Positions 1 to 13,814 of a DNA stretch of 64,000 nucleotides are shown piece by piece. Every line of letters begins with the position of its first letter. The first letter of the stretch is position 1. Source of the stretch: Podarcis melisellensis (taxonomy: Eukaryota); NCBI GenBank assembly GCA_964234715.1, contig OZ174276.1; one strand, 5' to 3'. The notes below the pieces were generated by a model. The model ran no database searches, was not told the DNA's origin, and saw only the letters and a list, made by a program, of their open reading frames with translations. The translations under genes and the position numbers were made by a program.

Positions 1-401
1 GGAAGGCGGAACAGAACTATTGCTGAAGGAAGAGACCACGTGCTGCTGTTACCGAATGCCACATTTCTGAATGATACGTTTTTCATATATTAAAGGGGGC
101 AAGACTGAAACCTGCCAGATATTGCAACCCAATGAGCATGGCTTAAGCAAAGCCCATTGATGCCTGGACCATCCTTTGAAACTTACTCTCCAAGAGGGTG
201 TGGGACCACTTTCTCCCCAGAAAAGAAGTGAATATTGTGGAAACTGGGCTTTCTCACAACCTGCTGTTCACTTGGAGCACCTAATTCCTTCTCCTTTCTC
301 TTTCTTCCTCCTTTGCATCTCCTTGTCAACACACCTGAGATAGGAAAGGAGAGGGCATCAAAGCTTTAGTAACACAGGATTGCAACATGCTCTGCTGACA
401 T

Positions 402-535
402 GCAGCTTTCACCAACCTGGTCCCCTTAAATGCTTCGGACTACAAGTCCCATCATCCCTAACTGTTGGTCATACTAGCTCAGACTGATGGGAGCTGTGGT
501 CCAAATGATGTGGAAGGAAACAAGTTAGAGAAAAT
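402..535. mobile_element. Old degenerate palindromic MITE related to the 5618 and 32769 copies
   Basis: Shares the ggactacaa(c/g)tcccatcatc...gatgggagctgtggtcc internal palindrome; the TIRs have decayed. Confidence 0.6.
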
Positions 536-3500
536 GAAGATAGAACAAGCCACTGAGGCTTTGACTGCTCTATCGCTTTCGAAGGCCAAGCAAACCTTAT
601 TTGGAAATATTTTCCCCCTCTAAAAAATTAATGTGCATATAACTTACACTATTGAATCTGTCCAAAATGACTATATATCAATATTAATGCTTTTTGATTG
701 TTATTTTCCAGGTACTTTCATATAACCTGTCTTTCCACAGAGGGCTCATATAAAGTCTTATTTTTGTCATTTTCTAAGAAGTTCTAGTGCTGATTCATCT
801 TCTTTAAATCTTCTTTTCAACAGATCTTTGGAATTAAGACAAATGTTACAAATAAGGGATTAAACTAACAATTTATTTTAGTCTTCAGGGTTTTCCTCCT
901 CCCTCCTCCTTGTTGGTTTGGTCTTTTTTGCTGATTCCCTCAGCGTTTGAAGATTACCAAGCTGCACTTGCAAAGGCTTCCGTTGTCTTTTAAATCTTTT
1001 CCTCTCATCTCATCTGCATTAAAAATTTAAACTTCCAACATTTAATAATGATGAAGAAGATTAACACTGGAGCATAAAGTGTGCAAGGAAATGTGTTTCC
1101 ATTGTAGCCACTGATGGGCTAATAGTTCTAAAGGATATTTAAGCCATCATTTTTAATCACTGGGTTTTTAGAATATGTTCCTCCTATTTGTCACTTACAT
1201 CATACTTTTGATGAAAAGAGACTTTCCTGTCATCTCATTCATCCTCACAACAAATCTACCAGACAATTTGTTTTCAATGCTATTTGTGATTAAGCCAACA
1301 CTGACAGTTTTGAGCCAAGGCCTCCCACCTGCAGTGAGTCCCATGTGTGAACTGACATTTAAAATTGGACCAGTCCAAAAACTTGCCCAAAAGTTGTTGG
1401 CCTGTGGCGTGGTAGAGAGGGCGCCAGACTTTTAAATCCTTTGATCTTCTACTTTCCTATATATACACATAGCCTGGTATTGAAATGCTGATAAGTCTGT
1501 GGTAAACTATCCTGTTGTGAAAGCAGGAAGGGACAATGGACAAGCAACTGCTAATCCCCACCCCCTGCCCTCTAATGGCTGTTGGAGAAAGAAGGCTGAG
1601 TTTTTCCATTGCCAAAACATACAGTATGAGCATCAAGGTTTATAATTTGGTAAGAGAAAATACTTGAAATTTGTCAATTGCTTAGGAACTGCTTTTGTCC
1701 CTGCTTAAATCCACTTTTGTTCTGAGTGGTGATCTGTGGGGATGATCCGATTATTTTGATAAGTAAGGCAGGCATCTTTGTCCCTCCAAAAATATTCTGT
1801 TGGCAGAAGAACAGGCGAATACACAAAATTAAAATGTTCCCTAGACTAGCACTGAAGAACTACAAAGAGGGATAAAAACCAAAATAAACAAGAGCTTGGA
1901 GAAATAATAACCTAAACATTGGGCAATGTGCTGCTGCTGTGAAAGAGGAACTGAGCCTATGAACAGATGAAGGCTTAGAGGATACAGTAGCCAGGAAGCT
2001 AGACAAGAAGTGTATGGTATCTCCTAATCAAAAACACAACAACAACAGGAAACTGGTCTCCTCTCAGATACTATCAAGTCCTGGGCTACCTAGTGACTGA
2101 ACAATATATAATGCTATAACTGTATGACAGTAGTCACACTGCTGCTTCTCTTCTTTGCTCCTGTTGAGGCTTCCTCCTTTGGGGCAAATGAACAGTGAAA
2201 GCTATGAGAGTGAGACGCCTTTTAGAGTTGGACTAGAAAAAACAAGAAATGAAGAGGTACGACCAGCTTCAGAGAGGCAATAGAATAGTACAGGCTGGAA
2301 GGTTAAATCACAATGAAGGTCTCTTACTTTAAAGCACAGTAAAACAATTGTTGTTAGCTTATAACATAACACAAAGGAAAACAGAAACAAGGGGTTGGGG
2401 CAGCAGGAACTTGGACTTGGCAATGGGCACTCCACTGAGATGTGCCACACATCAGCAGGTGCCCAAGGATACAAATCCTTGGCACCAGCCTTGGTGCTAG
2501 CCAAAGCCTTTCTGCTTCTGTCTTCCACTAGCGCCAGCACTTTCAGAAGGCCTCATGTACTGTTCGGACACCTACCTTTACGTTCCTCTCATGGGGCCAC
2601 TTAACACACATCTCTTCATGGTGCTGCATGGCAGGACCAGCCCTTAGTATTGGTCAATCTAACCAATATTGTCTATTCTGGCTGGTGGAAGTTCTCCAAA
2701 ACCTCAAGAACACCTCTTGGACATCCTTGCTACCTCAAATTCTGTTTTTAATCAGAAATTCTAGGGACTGAGCCTTAAGTCTTTCTGTGAGAGAGGGGGA
2801 TATTATTTTGTTTTTGTTTTAAATATCTATTTTGTGCTTTTATCCTGTATTTTATCTTGTGAACTGCCCTGAGATCTTCAGATGAAGGGTGTTTTGTTTG
2901 TTTGTTAGTAGTATTAGTAGAATGGAAACCATGTGCTTTAGAACTATAAGCCCTCCCATTCAAATGTGATTGCAATGTTCAAAATAGGCATATAAGACAG
3001 GAGTTGGGATGTATTCCCTTATTGGTAACCTTCCATGGGGTATGTGCAAGCAGTGGCAAGAGGCAAAACTGGGCAGAACACCTGATGATTGATGGCTTTG
3101 GACGGTGGCTACATTTCCACCATGCAAAAGTTATGGTGTTTCTGCAAACACACTCCACATTCCTATCTCTCCAGTTGTCACATCTAGGTAAGCATTATTG
3201 CAGTTCAAGGAAAGATTTCAGCCAAGCAAGAGCACTCATAGAGGATCCAAAGCAGGGCCTGGGAAGAGACCTGAGGGCCAGTTAGAGTTATCTTAGGAAG
3301 AGAGAGAAGGAGGACAGAAATCTCACACTGAATAAGAAGATCTTAGTATTTTTATTCTTGGTGTAGATTTAAGTTTGAACACCAGATGCTGACCATAAAC
3401 TGCCTCAGTTTAATTTTAGGGGGATTGTTTAATTTGAACTTATATGAAATTTTGAATCTCACTTGTTTCCTAGCTGGTACTTCTATTTCATAATTTATGG

Positions 3501-5617
3501 AGCATTCGATATTAAATTTAGCCCCCAGGTGCTCAGGAAGGACTACATTTACAGGAAAATGATCATGGTCCAAAATATATATACTCTTGAGTAGCCAAAC
3601 TAAAACCAATACAAGTTTTCCTGAGGATTACTGCATTCCATGGAAATATCCAAAAATGAATATTAACCTTCCAAGAAAAGGGATGGGTAAAGGTGTTATT
3701 ATATATCCCAAAATGTGATTTAGCTTTTTCAGATTTGGAGCTGAATTATACAATGCAACATTTCATACATTCTTGCAGAACCTCATATCTTTTACATACA
3801 TTTTTAATATAGTGACACTTCATAATTTTCCTCACAGTGCCATTATTACTTTATGCCTCCATTTCAGAGGAATATTGGACCAGTTATTCAAGAAAGTACA
3901 TGTAGGTGACAATATTTTATGCTATTAAATGTCATGATCCCAAGTACTCTGGGCAGCAATAAACTATGTTTACACATAAACTGAAATTAATGAACATGAC
4001 ATTAATTGCAACAGGTCTACTGAGAAAAACTTGGTTGAATGCCACCTTCTTTCTATTGAGTAGGTAGCATTCTTTTTCAATGGAGTTTTCTTTTAAATGG
4101 TTGTGCTTAGGACTGTAGCTTATACATTGTATAAACACTTTGGGGACAAAATACATGTTACAAAGAAGACACCTGGCAATCTGCCAACTTTTTAAAAAAT
4201 CTGAAAAGCAATTGCATGAAGCTGCTACCACAAGCAGAGAAATGATGCAAGTTAGTGGGACTCCTTAACCCTTCATTTCCTGTTAAAGTTGTTTAGCTCA
4301 AGTTGTCTTCACCAACCTATTCCCCCCCAACCCCCAGAAGCTAGAAGTTATGAGATCACCCTACGTTTTACATGATAAGTAATAAAGCAGTAGGAGAAGG
4401 CAAGGGTTAAGCAGCAAAAATGGAAAGGATCAACCAGTCTCCCCCATCAGTATTCTTTATTCTGAATCACAGCCCAAGGCTGTCTTTCAGGGTTTTTGTT
4501 TTTTTTTAAAAAAGTCAAAATATTACACTCCTTGTGTGTCTTCTATGTAATATCTGTATTTACCATTATATTCCCTGCTCTCTGTTATAATCTGCAAGGT
4601 TGTGCTCTATGTGTAGTGGAAAGTATAGGGTTTGTGTCCTAACTTTCTGTTTCTCAAATAAATGTTGAAAGGGTGCTGCTTCTGTTCTGGCCCACTTCTC
4701 TGTTCTATCACGGATGACTATGCATGCCTATTATACTCTGGAGGTAGTAAATTCCAGCTAATTAAACATTTATCACAACCCCCGATGTTAAATTAAACCA
4801 TCTCCTGTGTGCTTTTCTTGACCTGCATATCAAAGAGAGTGCTGATAGGGCTAGTTTCTCACCCCCAAACCAGATTTGACACAATTTTCTGTAGATCATT
4901 TGCCGTGTACTGAACACAGACCTAGAGGGAGATTGTGGACTTGCAGAAATCATTATATATTATTGCCATTGTTATCATTATTACAGTGGGTTACAGCAAT
5001 GCAAAATGTAAAAATACAATATTAAAATAAGTTAAAACAATTACAGTCCTAGTGCCCTTCTTATCAGGAAAGGATGTTCCATGTTACTGAAGGCGTCTCT
5101 GTCAATGCCTGTCATTCAGGCTTCCCTGCCCAGGCCAAGAGACATTTGGCAATCAATATTGTTATTGTTTTTGTTGTTATAGTATGATATAAGCCATGTG
5201 GTCCCCAATTGGCTTACATCATACCTTCATAGCTATAGAAACCTGATCATTTCTAAATCAGATAACTATATGCAATCAAAATCTGTATGGGATAAACAGA
5301 CAGGACATTTGAAAGTACAAGCCCCAATCTGCGTGGGGATTGAGTCCTGGGTCATCATGTGTGACAGTGGAGTGGGCATAAGCCTGTTCCACCTGTTATG
5401 CCCCCTTTGCCAGCCACTTCTGAGTTGCCACAATGCACACAAGCATGGTTGCGCATCAGTTGGATACACATAAATTGGCCATTGTCTGTATAGTGATCCT
5501 ATAGAATGTAGGTGTAAATCATGCTGGTTCCAAAATCCATTCAGGAGTGGGGCTACTGCTGGCCCGACAGGCCAAAGCCTAGCAGAGGGAAAACAAGCCT
5601 TTATAATAGATTTAGTG

Positions 5618-5753
5618 CAGGCATAGGCAAACTCGGCCCTCCAGATGTTTTGGGACTACAACTCCCATCATCTCTGACCACTGGTCCTGTTAGCTAGGGA
5701 GAATGGGAGTTGTAGTCCCAAAACATCTGGAGAGCCGAGTTTGCCTAGGCCTG
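5618..5753. mobile_element. hAT-type MITE, near-perfect palindrome
   Basis: TIRs CAGGCATAGGCAAACT / AGTTTGCCTAGGCCTG. 8-bp TSD atttagtg / atttagcg. Confidence 0.9.
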
Positions 5754-5800
5754 ATTTAGCGTCTTAATGTCTTTCCCCCCATAAACTAGGGTTGTTGATG

Positions 5801-5804
<4 letters not shown>

Positions 5805-5857
<53 letters not shown>

Positions 5858-5930
5858 TCCCCAGCCACTCTGGGTTGCTTACAGTATATCTATAAACAAA
5901 GCAAAAACATCAAGCATTGAAAACCTCCCA
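5805..5930 (-). mobile_element. L2-type LINE 3' end with (AAT)n tail
   Basis: (AAT)n at about 5807-5856, then ttccccagccactctgggttgctt, the reverse complement of the 3' end seen at 13.25, 24.5 and 55.7 kb. Confidence 0.65.
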
Positions 5931-5978
5931 ATATTTCAGCTATTTCTATGGAAATTCACCAAAACCTAGACTTCCGAC

Positions 5979-6064
5979 ATGGGTTGCCCTAAGTCCGGAT
6001 TTTCCAGGACCTGACTGTCATATTCCAGCTATGTGCAGGAAATTCCAGACGTATTGCAACCCTA
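5979..6064. mobile_element. Short deletion derivative of the TAGGGTTGCC-TIR element
   Basis: gggttgcc...gcaacccta ends. Internal aggaaattccagac is shared with 14496-14725. Confidence 0.6.
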
Positions 6065-7065
6065 GCATAAACTGTAAACTGTGAGGGCACATGTCTGGTT
6101 TAAAAATTTTTATTTTAAAGTGTGGATGTTTTCAATTTTATAATTTTATAAATACATTTATATTGTATTTTAATTGTACTATTTTACTACCTTGTTGTTT
6201 CCCACCCTGAGCTCCTTTGGGTGGGTGGGTGGGTGGGAGTGCAATAGAGAAAATCATAAAACAAACAAATTGATAAAAAGCTAAAAAAACAAAACAAAAC
6301 TACAGGGACAATTCTTGTGGCCTTCTATCCATAGGAAAGTTGAGTGACTTTCTTTTCTCCTGTTCCTTCCTGCCTTCCAGGCAGCTAATTCCTTGTGGTG
6401 GCAAAGATGTGCTCACTGAGAGACCGTCCTCTTCTACACCTGTGCTTCCCCGAAACTCTAAAGAGTCCTTAGTTCTCTGAGAAGTTAAGAAAATAATTTT
6501 ATTGCCTAACAGGAGGGAAGGCTGCCTTAATTTTGTTGTCACTGGGAGTCTAAATGTGTAAGGACAGCTGCTGTGCTCTGGCGACAATGCAATCAGTTAA
6601 TGCTTTCAGCAGGGAGACATTAGCCTTCTCTGCCTGCTAGGCAAGGGAAAAGAACTTACTCTGGAAACTTTTTAAAGAGGATTTATCTTTTTCTTGTGTT
6701 TCTTTAAACTGGAGAGAGATAGGAGGACCCCCAAATACGACTGTCTAACACGATCTCTGTAAGGTAGAGACTCATATTAAATTTGAAGAACAATTTTCAA
6801 AAAGGGAATAAGGGGTTGAAACAAATTCCTCCAGTTCTACAATCCCCAGGCACTATGGTCCAAGTCCAGTGCCCCCCTCCAATTTTCCTTGGTTGTAATG
6901 TTTGGCACAACATCAGTTTTCTGTAGTCCCCCTATCATTTCCCACGCTTTCATACAACAAGTTGTGAATGGGGGTGGGGAGAAAGAAAGGTTTTAACAGT
7001 AGCTGAGACTGAAGTCAAAGGCTTATTCCTTTTTACCAACTTGCCAGGAAAATGGTTCCCCCAAT

Positions 7066-7178
7066 GGGGGAGGGGTATAGCTCACTGATAGAACACATGC
7101 TTATGCAGAAGGTTGCAGGTTCAATCCACAGTATCGATGGAGGATAACCCTGCGGAGACATTTTGAGCCAGTGTAGCT
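7066..7178 (+). mobile_element. tRNA-derived SINE (squamate type)
   Basis: A-box-like tatagctcactgatag and B-box ggttcaatcc. Homologous copies at 19.95, 30.84, 45.5 and 62.7 kb. Confidence 0.7.
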
Positions 7179-9462
7179 CAGGGGTGGAAAATGTCAGGCC
7201 AGGAGGCTCAAATATGGCCTTTCTATCTGGTCCTTTGAACCCAGTTCTCCATCAAATTCAGCACTGTCCACTCTACATGATGGCTCTGTGAAGCCTCCAG
7301 GATTCACACAATATCGCTTAACAACATAAGCAGATGCCTGAAAAATTATTTAGGCGTAATTCATGATATTTTCCAAACTGGAAGAAAATTCATCTCTACC
7401 CCTGCCATTTTTAGTATTTGATGCTCTCTTATTGTTACTCTCTTCATACAGAGTATGATGCATGAATCGAGAACTAGGCTGTGCTTTAGCATTGGCTGAT
7501 AGACTCTCAATATTTGGAAGGAAAGTGTGGCTGAAAAGGATATTTGATTCAATACCAAATGAATAGACCTAGTACTGCTAAAAACACCCACTCTTATTAA
7601 TGTTGAACACTGCTGCTGACGTATAGATTTTAGATCAAAACCTTTCTATGGAGCGAAATAAACAGGTATCTCACATCTTCTTTTACGTATTACAAATTGT
7701 AAGTTCAAGACAGGAACGCACACACAAGTGCAACTGCATTTAATCAAAGAAAGGGAAAGTATTCAGAAAGCTAATGAATTAATAGGTATTCCCAAAAGAC
7801 AATGTATCTGGAGATAATTGGGTGTGCTATCACCCAAAAGGTGTATTGGGGAGATGAATTAATTCTTAAAAAGCATATGTCAGTTAGAAAAAACTATAAT
7901 TCAGGAATGCTGACACTTGGGGCACCCGCTGAATAAGAACCTGTCATACTGAATACAAAAGAGAGGAAAGGCACAGAGAAGAAGTACAAAAGAGGGGCTT
8001 ATGGCTGTCTAAGGACACCTTTCCAAGTTTTGCTGGAGCTGTGGTGACTGCTATAGTTCCGTTCCTTTCCACACCAACAGGTAATATGAGAAGCTCCAGG
8101 AAACTTCAGATGAGGACACACTGTAGCTCAACCACTAGGAACAGCACATACTGTAAATTAGATTCACTTTGCATTTAAAAGTGAACTTTCCTAATTGTTC
8201 TTACCATAACATTACTCTCACAACTATCCTCCAGAATTCACTGAATTCTCTGAATTTTGTAATGGAAGTCTCCAGTCAAGTAAATATTTTTAAGAGTATA
8301 CTAGGGTGAAGGGTGCATAAAACAGATAGATTACTGAAAATAACATATGTAAATGCATTATATATGGGGAAATGGCTCGACAAAATGTGTCCATTAGGCA
8401 AAATAGCATACAAAAATGTGTCTTTTGTGAGAAATCCACACTAAAATGTCAACGAGGACTTTTATAATAATAATTACAAAGTGCTGTGAAAATGTGGAGA
8501 ATTGAACTGAAGAGCGGGGGGGAAACAATTGAAAGAAATCAAAATAAGAAACTGAAAGAAATTCACATGCCAAGAGTGTAACCTCCACCCCCAATATCAC
8601 CAAGATTTTTCTCCAGCAATGAAGAAAGGAGTGCAAGATCAGCAGTTTCTTTGTTACTAGTGTAACTTCAGAAGCAGGCTGTAGATTTTGTAATGGGAAC
8701 TTCTTTTCCGGGTTGTTGTTGTTTTTAAATCATAGGTAACCCTTTAAATATAACAGGTAGGAAAAGAGGTAGTAAGTGCCTACCTGATCCATAGTAAGAG
8801 GAACTTTTCATTCTTCGCTTACCTCTGCCTTGCTTTTCCTCATTGCTTGCTCCCATTGCGCATCAACAGAAACAGAATTGCTGAGATGCCTTTTAATATA
8901 CAGTACAGAATATACAGCACAGAAACACATTTAATACTTTATAGAAACAATAGGACTGATTTATACTCTGAAGAAACAATAGAAGTGATTTACTGTCCTT
9001 TCCTGAGTAATATATGGCAAGTACCTCATGGCTGTGAATTGAAAAGGAAAGTCTTTAGGACAATTATATGGAGTGCTCCTACAGCAGGGACTAAACTGTG
9101 GGTGGGAAACTGAAATTCTTTCCTGCATGAAATCATACATATCTGCCACAGCAGGGTATGTCACCTATTTTCTGAAACACTTAGTTTAATTTCCCCCCTC
9201 TTGATCTGAACTTAACAACATACTGTGGAAAATTAAACCTCTGTTTCCTGTAGCACTCCTGAAAACTGGAAGGGGAAGGACAGTGCTCATCTGAAGTCAT
9301 TTTAAGTCGTTATTAATGTTGAGGTGGAATTCTAAAGCATCCTTACTATTATTATATTTATTTATATTCCATCTTTTCCCCTCGGACAGGAATTCAAGGA
9401 AGCTTATAGATAAAATAGAAACAGATAAAAAAACAGGGAAAACATCATTAAAAAGCAATTAA

Positions 9463-9490
9463 ATACACACACACACACACATATATATAT

Positions 9491-9521
<31 letters not shown>

Positions 9522-9547
9522 TATAAACTATATATATAGTTTTATAT
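9463..9547. repeat. (CA)n/(TA)n compound microsatellite
   Basis: Directly visible. Confidence 0.9.
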
Positions 9548-12283
9548 GTTGAATTCTTAGAAAATTGTATTAAAACATATAGGTAATTAAAATTTAAACA
9601 CCACAGCAGCAGCCCTTTCCTTAAAAACAGTCATTTTCCAAAAGCCAGTTGGAATAAGAAAGTCTTTACTGGCTGGCAGAGGAACAGAAAGGAGGGAGCT
9701 AGTCTAACTTCTCTAGGGGGTCCTTCCTGAGGCTTAACTATCTAAATAAGAATAATTACTATTTTTATTAATACTATTACTTGATAAGTAGATGTACTTC
9801 CCGGTTCTGGAACAGCAGATATTTTAAACAGGGACCATGATACCTGAAGAACCGACATGAAAGCATTTGATCTGCTTTGGAGATTCTGCTTATATCCTGC
9901 CTGCCAAGTCAATTCAGGTTTTTTCAGTGGTGGCCCAAAGACTGTGGAACTTCCTTGCCACATTAATGCAGCCATCAATGCATTGGGACCAATTTCTGGT
10001 GGTTCTCTCTTAACTTATTATTTTACTACAAATCTTGTTGTTGCTTGGGTGACAGATTTCATTGAGTTAGATGGATGTTTGAAAATTATTTTTAGTGTCC
10101 TAGGGTTTTTGGAATATTTTTAACACCGTATCTGCACTTCTATGTTGTTTTTGAAATTTGTGCTGTTTTATGACTCTGCAAGTGAGCTATGCCCAGAAAG
10201 GTGGCGCACAAATGATTTTATAAATAGATAGTCATGGCTGGTGTGTCTGAAAGTTCTTTTAGTTGAATAGCCTCACAAATCTGTTTGAATCAGCAGAGAC
10301 TGCACTGGACTGATGTCCAAGTTTAAATTATCTGAGTTCACAATCTGGGTAAGTGCTTACTATTCAGCCTTCAAGGAGGCGATAATTGGCAAAGTGCTTA
10401 ACAATATACCCAAACTCCCTTCAGATTTCCAGAAAATACTAATAATGAAATGATTTCTTTACTACAGACGCTTAACAAATTAGATTTTGGGGAATGCCAA
10501 TATGGACTGACCTGACCTGATTTACAAGCCCCAGACTAAGGTGAAGATTATAACTCCATTTGTCCATGGGCTCTCACATTTTCAGCATGTGCTGCCTCAT
10601 AAAACAATCAAAATATATTTATAAAGTATGTTTAAAAAAAGCAACAACAACAAAATCTTGTAAATAAATATTTTATAGTATGTTAAGTAAACTGTTTAGA
10701 ATTTTTTAAAATTAAGTGGTATAGAGATCTTGTTAAATAAAATAAGTAAATAATAAATATACTGCATGTGAAAATACATACAGAAATTCAGGGATGGCCT
10801 TTGAGACTGATTGGGCAGAAGACAGGGAGCCCAACAGTAGGTGGCGCTAGAGCCAATGACAGTGTTGCCCTATTCTAGTGTTGCCCTCATCTTCCCAAGT
10901 ACCACAAGGAGAAGAAGCTGAGAACCACGGCCACCCCCTGTGCTAGATGCAAGTAGGAAAGCAGGCAGCTGAGAGCTGGCTGAGGTTGGTAGGGCATTGG
11001 CTCATTTGCCTTAATGGATCAGGCTCCAATGGGAATAAGTAGCTAAATATGTTTTTAAATTAACTTCTTTGGTACTGATTTTTTATTTTATTTTTTAAGT
11101 CACAGATTCAGCAGTGGGATGGAATGAGCAAACACCTGAGCTAGTGACACAGATGAGAAATTCTCAGATTCACCCAGCTCTTTTGCTTACAACTATGTAA
11201 GATGCCCGACTTGGAACTTTCATTTGGTGTGTTTTGATTAGTCTGGGAAGGTGGAATGGGAGTGTGCTGTCACTACGTTTTCTTAATCTTGCCGCCGCAT
11301 AGTGTGCATTACCGCAGCTCTCATTTGTATGCCGTTCTGAGGACAATGTATTTTACAAATTACCGCTGTAAACAACTTTCCTCTTCTGCGGTGGCGGCTT
11401 TCTTATCTAATTTCTCAGTTATGTACTTGTGCTACGAGGGAAACTTTAAAGACATAGCTGCTAAACAGATAAAAGTGAGTTAAGAGAAAATGCCTTTTAG
11501 CCAATGAAAAATTGAAAACATGACTTAAGAGTCTTTGATATTTTCACAATATGCACGCAGCAAACACATTTTTACCTCTCTTGTCTGGTTCTCCCAGTAA
11601 GGTGCTTTTGGAATGTAATAGAGACATTTATTTTCTAACGCAATCTGTTCTTTTCTGCTTTAGATGAAAATGTGAATTAACAGTGCTATTATAGCACATT
11701 AAAAATTGGTTATAATAGAACATGCTCATTACATTAATAACCATCATACGTTATTCACCATATGAAAGGAATACTGTAGTAAAGGAATGCATGTTCTTCC
11801 CTGCCCATCTTCACAGGAGTCCATCTTTGTAGAACAATGTTCCAGCATTCCTTTGGACAACTTTGATTCATTTGCAATACAATTCCTTTGATGACTGAAG
11901 ACACCAGGATTGGATAGGCAGGACTTACTGCATCAGGAATATTCAGTGGAAAAATAAGCCATGGTTAAAACATTTTCTTTAACTACTAGCAACCACTGAT
12001 TATTCATCAGCCAGTACATCCCATGGCAATCATTTGCAACCCAGTGGAAAATTGTGGGGATTTTAGACTGTAATTTTTCAACTGTTTTCATGGATCACAC
12101 CATGTGGTGAAATGTTGGGCAGTTTTTTCCAGCCATTTTCATGGCTTGAATAAAGGGGCAGTGATCAGGTCAGTCACATCCACTGTATCCCACCACACCC
12201 ACTGCTATAAATGAAATTTAGTGTCACAAAAGTAAGTCCCTAAACTTTTAAAATTAACCCCACCCCACATTTTCCCCATTTTA

Positions 12284-12666
12284 AAAAGGTAAAGGACCCC
12301 TGACAGTTAAGTCCAGTCACAGACGAATCTGGGGTTGTGGCGCTCATTTCTCTTTGGAGGCCAAGGGAGCCGGCGTTTGTCTGCAGACAGTTTTTCCGGG
12401 TCATGTGACCAGCATGACTAAGCCGCTTCTGCATGACTCAGCATGACTAAGTCAGCAGAACACTGACACCAGAGCAGCGCATGGAGACGCCATTTACTTT
12501 CCCACTGGAGCGGTACCTACTTGCATTTTAGTGTGCTTTCAAACTGCTAGGTTGGCAGGAGCTGGGACTGAGCAACGGGAGCTCACCCCGTCGCAGGGAT
12601 TTGAGCCACCGATCTTCTGATCAGCAAGCCCAGGAGGCTCAGTGGTTTAGACCACAGCGCCACCCC
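12284..12666 (-). mobile_element. Sauria SINE, full length
   Basis: (ACCTTT)-type tail seen as aaaggtaaagg, body ctggggttgtggcgctcat...gtcatgtgaccagcatgac, head ...accacagcgccacc. Imperfect TSD tttcccca(t/g)ttta. Confidence 0.9.
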
Positions 12667-12809
12667 TTTCCCCCAGTTTAGCAGCTCCTTAATGTTGTCT
12701 TTTTGCTGCAACTCCTTGCGTGATTTTAAGTAATTGGCCAGGACTTATTGTTTTAGTCTTATCTTCTCATTAGCTTTCTAATAATTCTCTCTCTCTTTTT
12801 ATAACAATA

Positions 12810-12890
12810 ACCAAAGTGCTTTGTGGCACCTTAAAAACACATTTATAGTGGAATAAACTTTCATGGCCTATAGCACACTTGATCAGATGC
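12810..12890 (-). mobile_element. Penelope-like element terminal-repeat fragment with a decayed hammerhead motif
   Basis: ttgtggcaccttaaa...taaactttcatggcctatagcacacttgatcagatgc resembles reptile Penelope-like terminal repeats as I recall them. Minus strand reads GCATCTGATCAAGTGTGCTATAGGCCATGAAAGTTTATTC. Confidence 0.6.
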
Positions 12891-13194
12891 CTCTGTGTTT
12901 GTGTGTCTTTGTGTGTTCTAACTGAGGAAAACTCCCAGCTGGATAATTTGAACTCTAGCTTTTGCTTCTTATTTCTTTCTAAGAAATATCATGATGGGGT
13001 ACCATTCTGTTTGTCTTTGAGGTGCAATCCTATTTGTCATATTTGGTGTAATATCAATTTATTTTAAACACAGAGCTCTTGGGGTAGCTTACAACAATTT
13101 AATAAACTTCATTTAAAATACAGTAAAAAATACATCGATTAGCTAAGAAACTAAAAATAAAACATCAACTTTAAGTGAGTTACTTGCCTAAAAT

Positions 13195-13330
13195 GTTTAG
13201 GGAAGTTTTTAATATTTAATGCTGTATTGTTTTAAACATTCAATTGGAAGCTGCCCAGAGTGGCTGGGGAAACTCAGCCAGACGGTTGGGGTATAAATAA
13301 ATTGTTATTGTTATTGTTATTGTTATTATT
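13195..13330 (+). mobile_element. L2-type LINE 3' end with (ATTGTT)n tail
   Basis: tgtttagggaagtttttaat...gctgcccagagtggctggggaaac...ggggtataaataa. Same family as 55626-55821. Confidence 0.75.
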
Positions 13331-13639
13331 AAAATGGCATTTAAAGCAATTGAGAATCTTATGTCTCTTACAAAGGATCCATGACCTCATATACAGACAT
13401 ATGGTAGTTTGTTCCTGATGTAAGAAATGAATTCCCCTTTCCCCCTCTCTAACAGAGGTTCAGCTCATATCAGGAGTGTGACAAACTGAAGGCAACCTGA
13501 GGGCAGGCACTACTTTGTAGAAACAGATTATCTGGAAGAAAGCCCAGGTAAATGAAGGGATGTGCACAGGTGGAATAATGGAACCTAGATTTCTTTTTAA
13601 AAAGAAAAATATGTAGAAGTCTGTCCCAAGTGTTTAGCA

Positions 13640-13640
<1 letters not shown>

Positions 13641-13690
<50 letters not shown>
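13641..13690. repeat. (ATT)n microsatellite
   Basis: Directly visible. Confidence 0.95.
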
Positions 13691-13691
<1 letters not shown>

Positions 13692-13814
13692 TTACAAAAT
13701 GTCTATATCACTTGGTGGCAAAAAAGTGATTTACAAATCCTATCCAAAGATAAGATGTTGTAGCCTATCCCGATCAGACTTTCAGATTCCTATTTGTGAG
13801 CAAACTCCTGAGGG

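Noticed and set aside
7066-7140. tRNA genes here and at 30843, 45600 and 62700
   Set aside because: They have A/B boxes but no intact cloverleaf, and they belong to a dispersed family; these are SINE heads.
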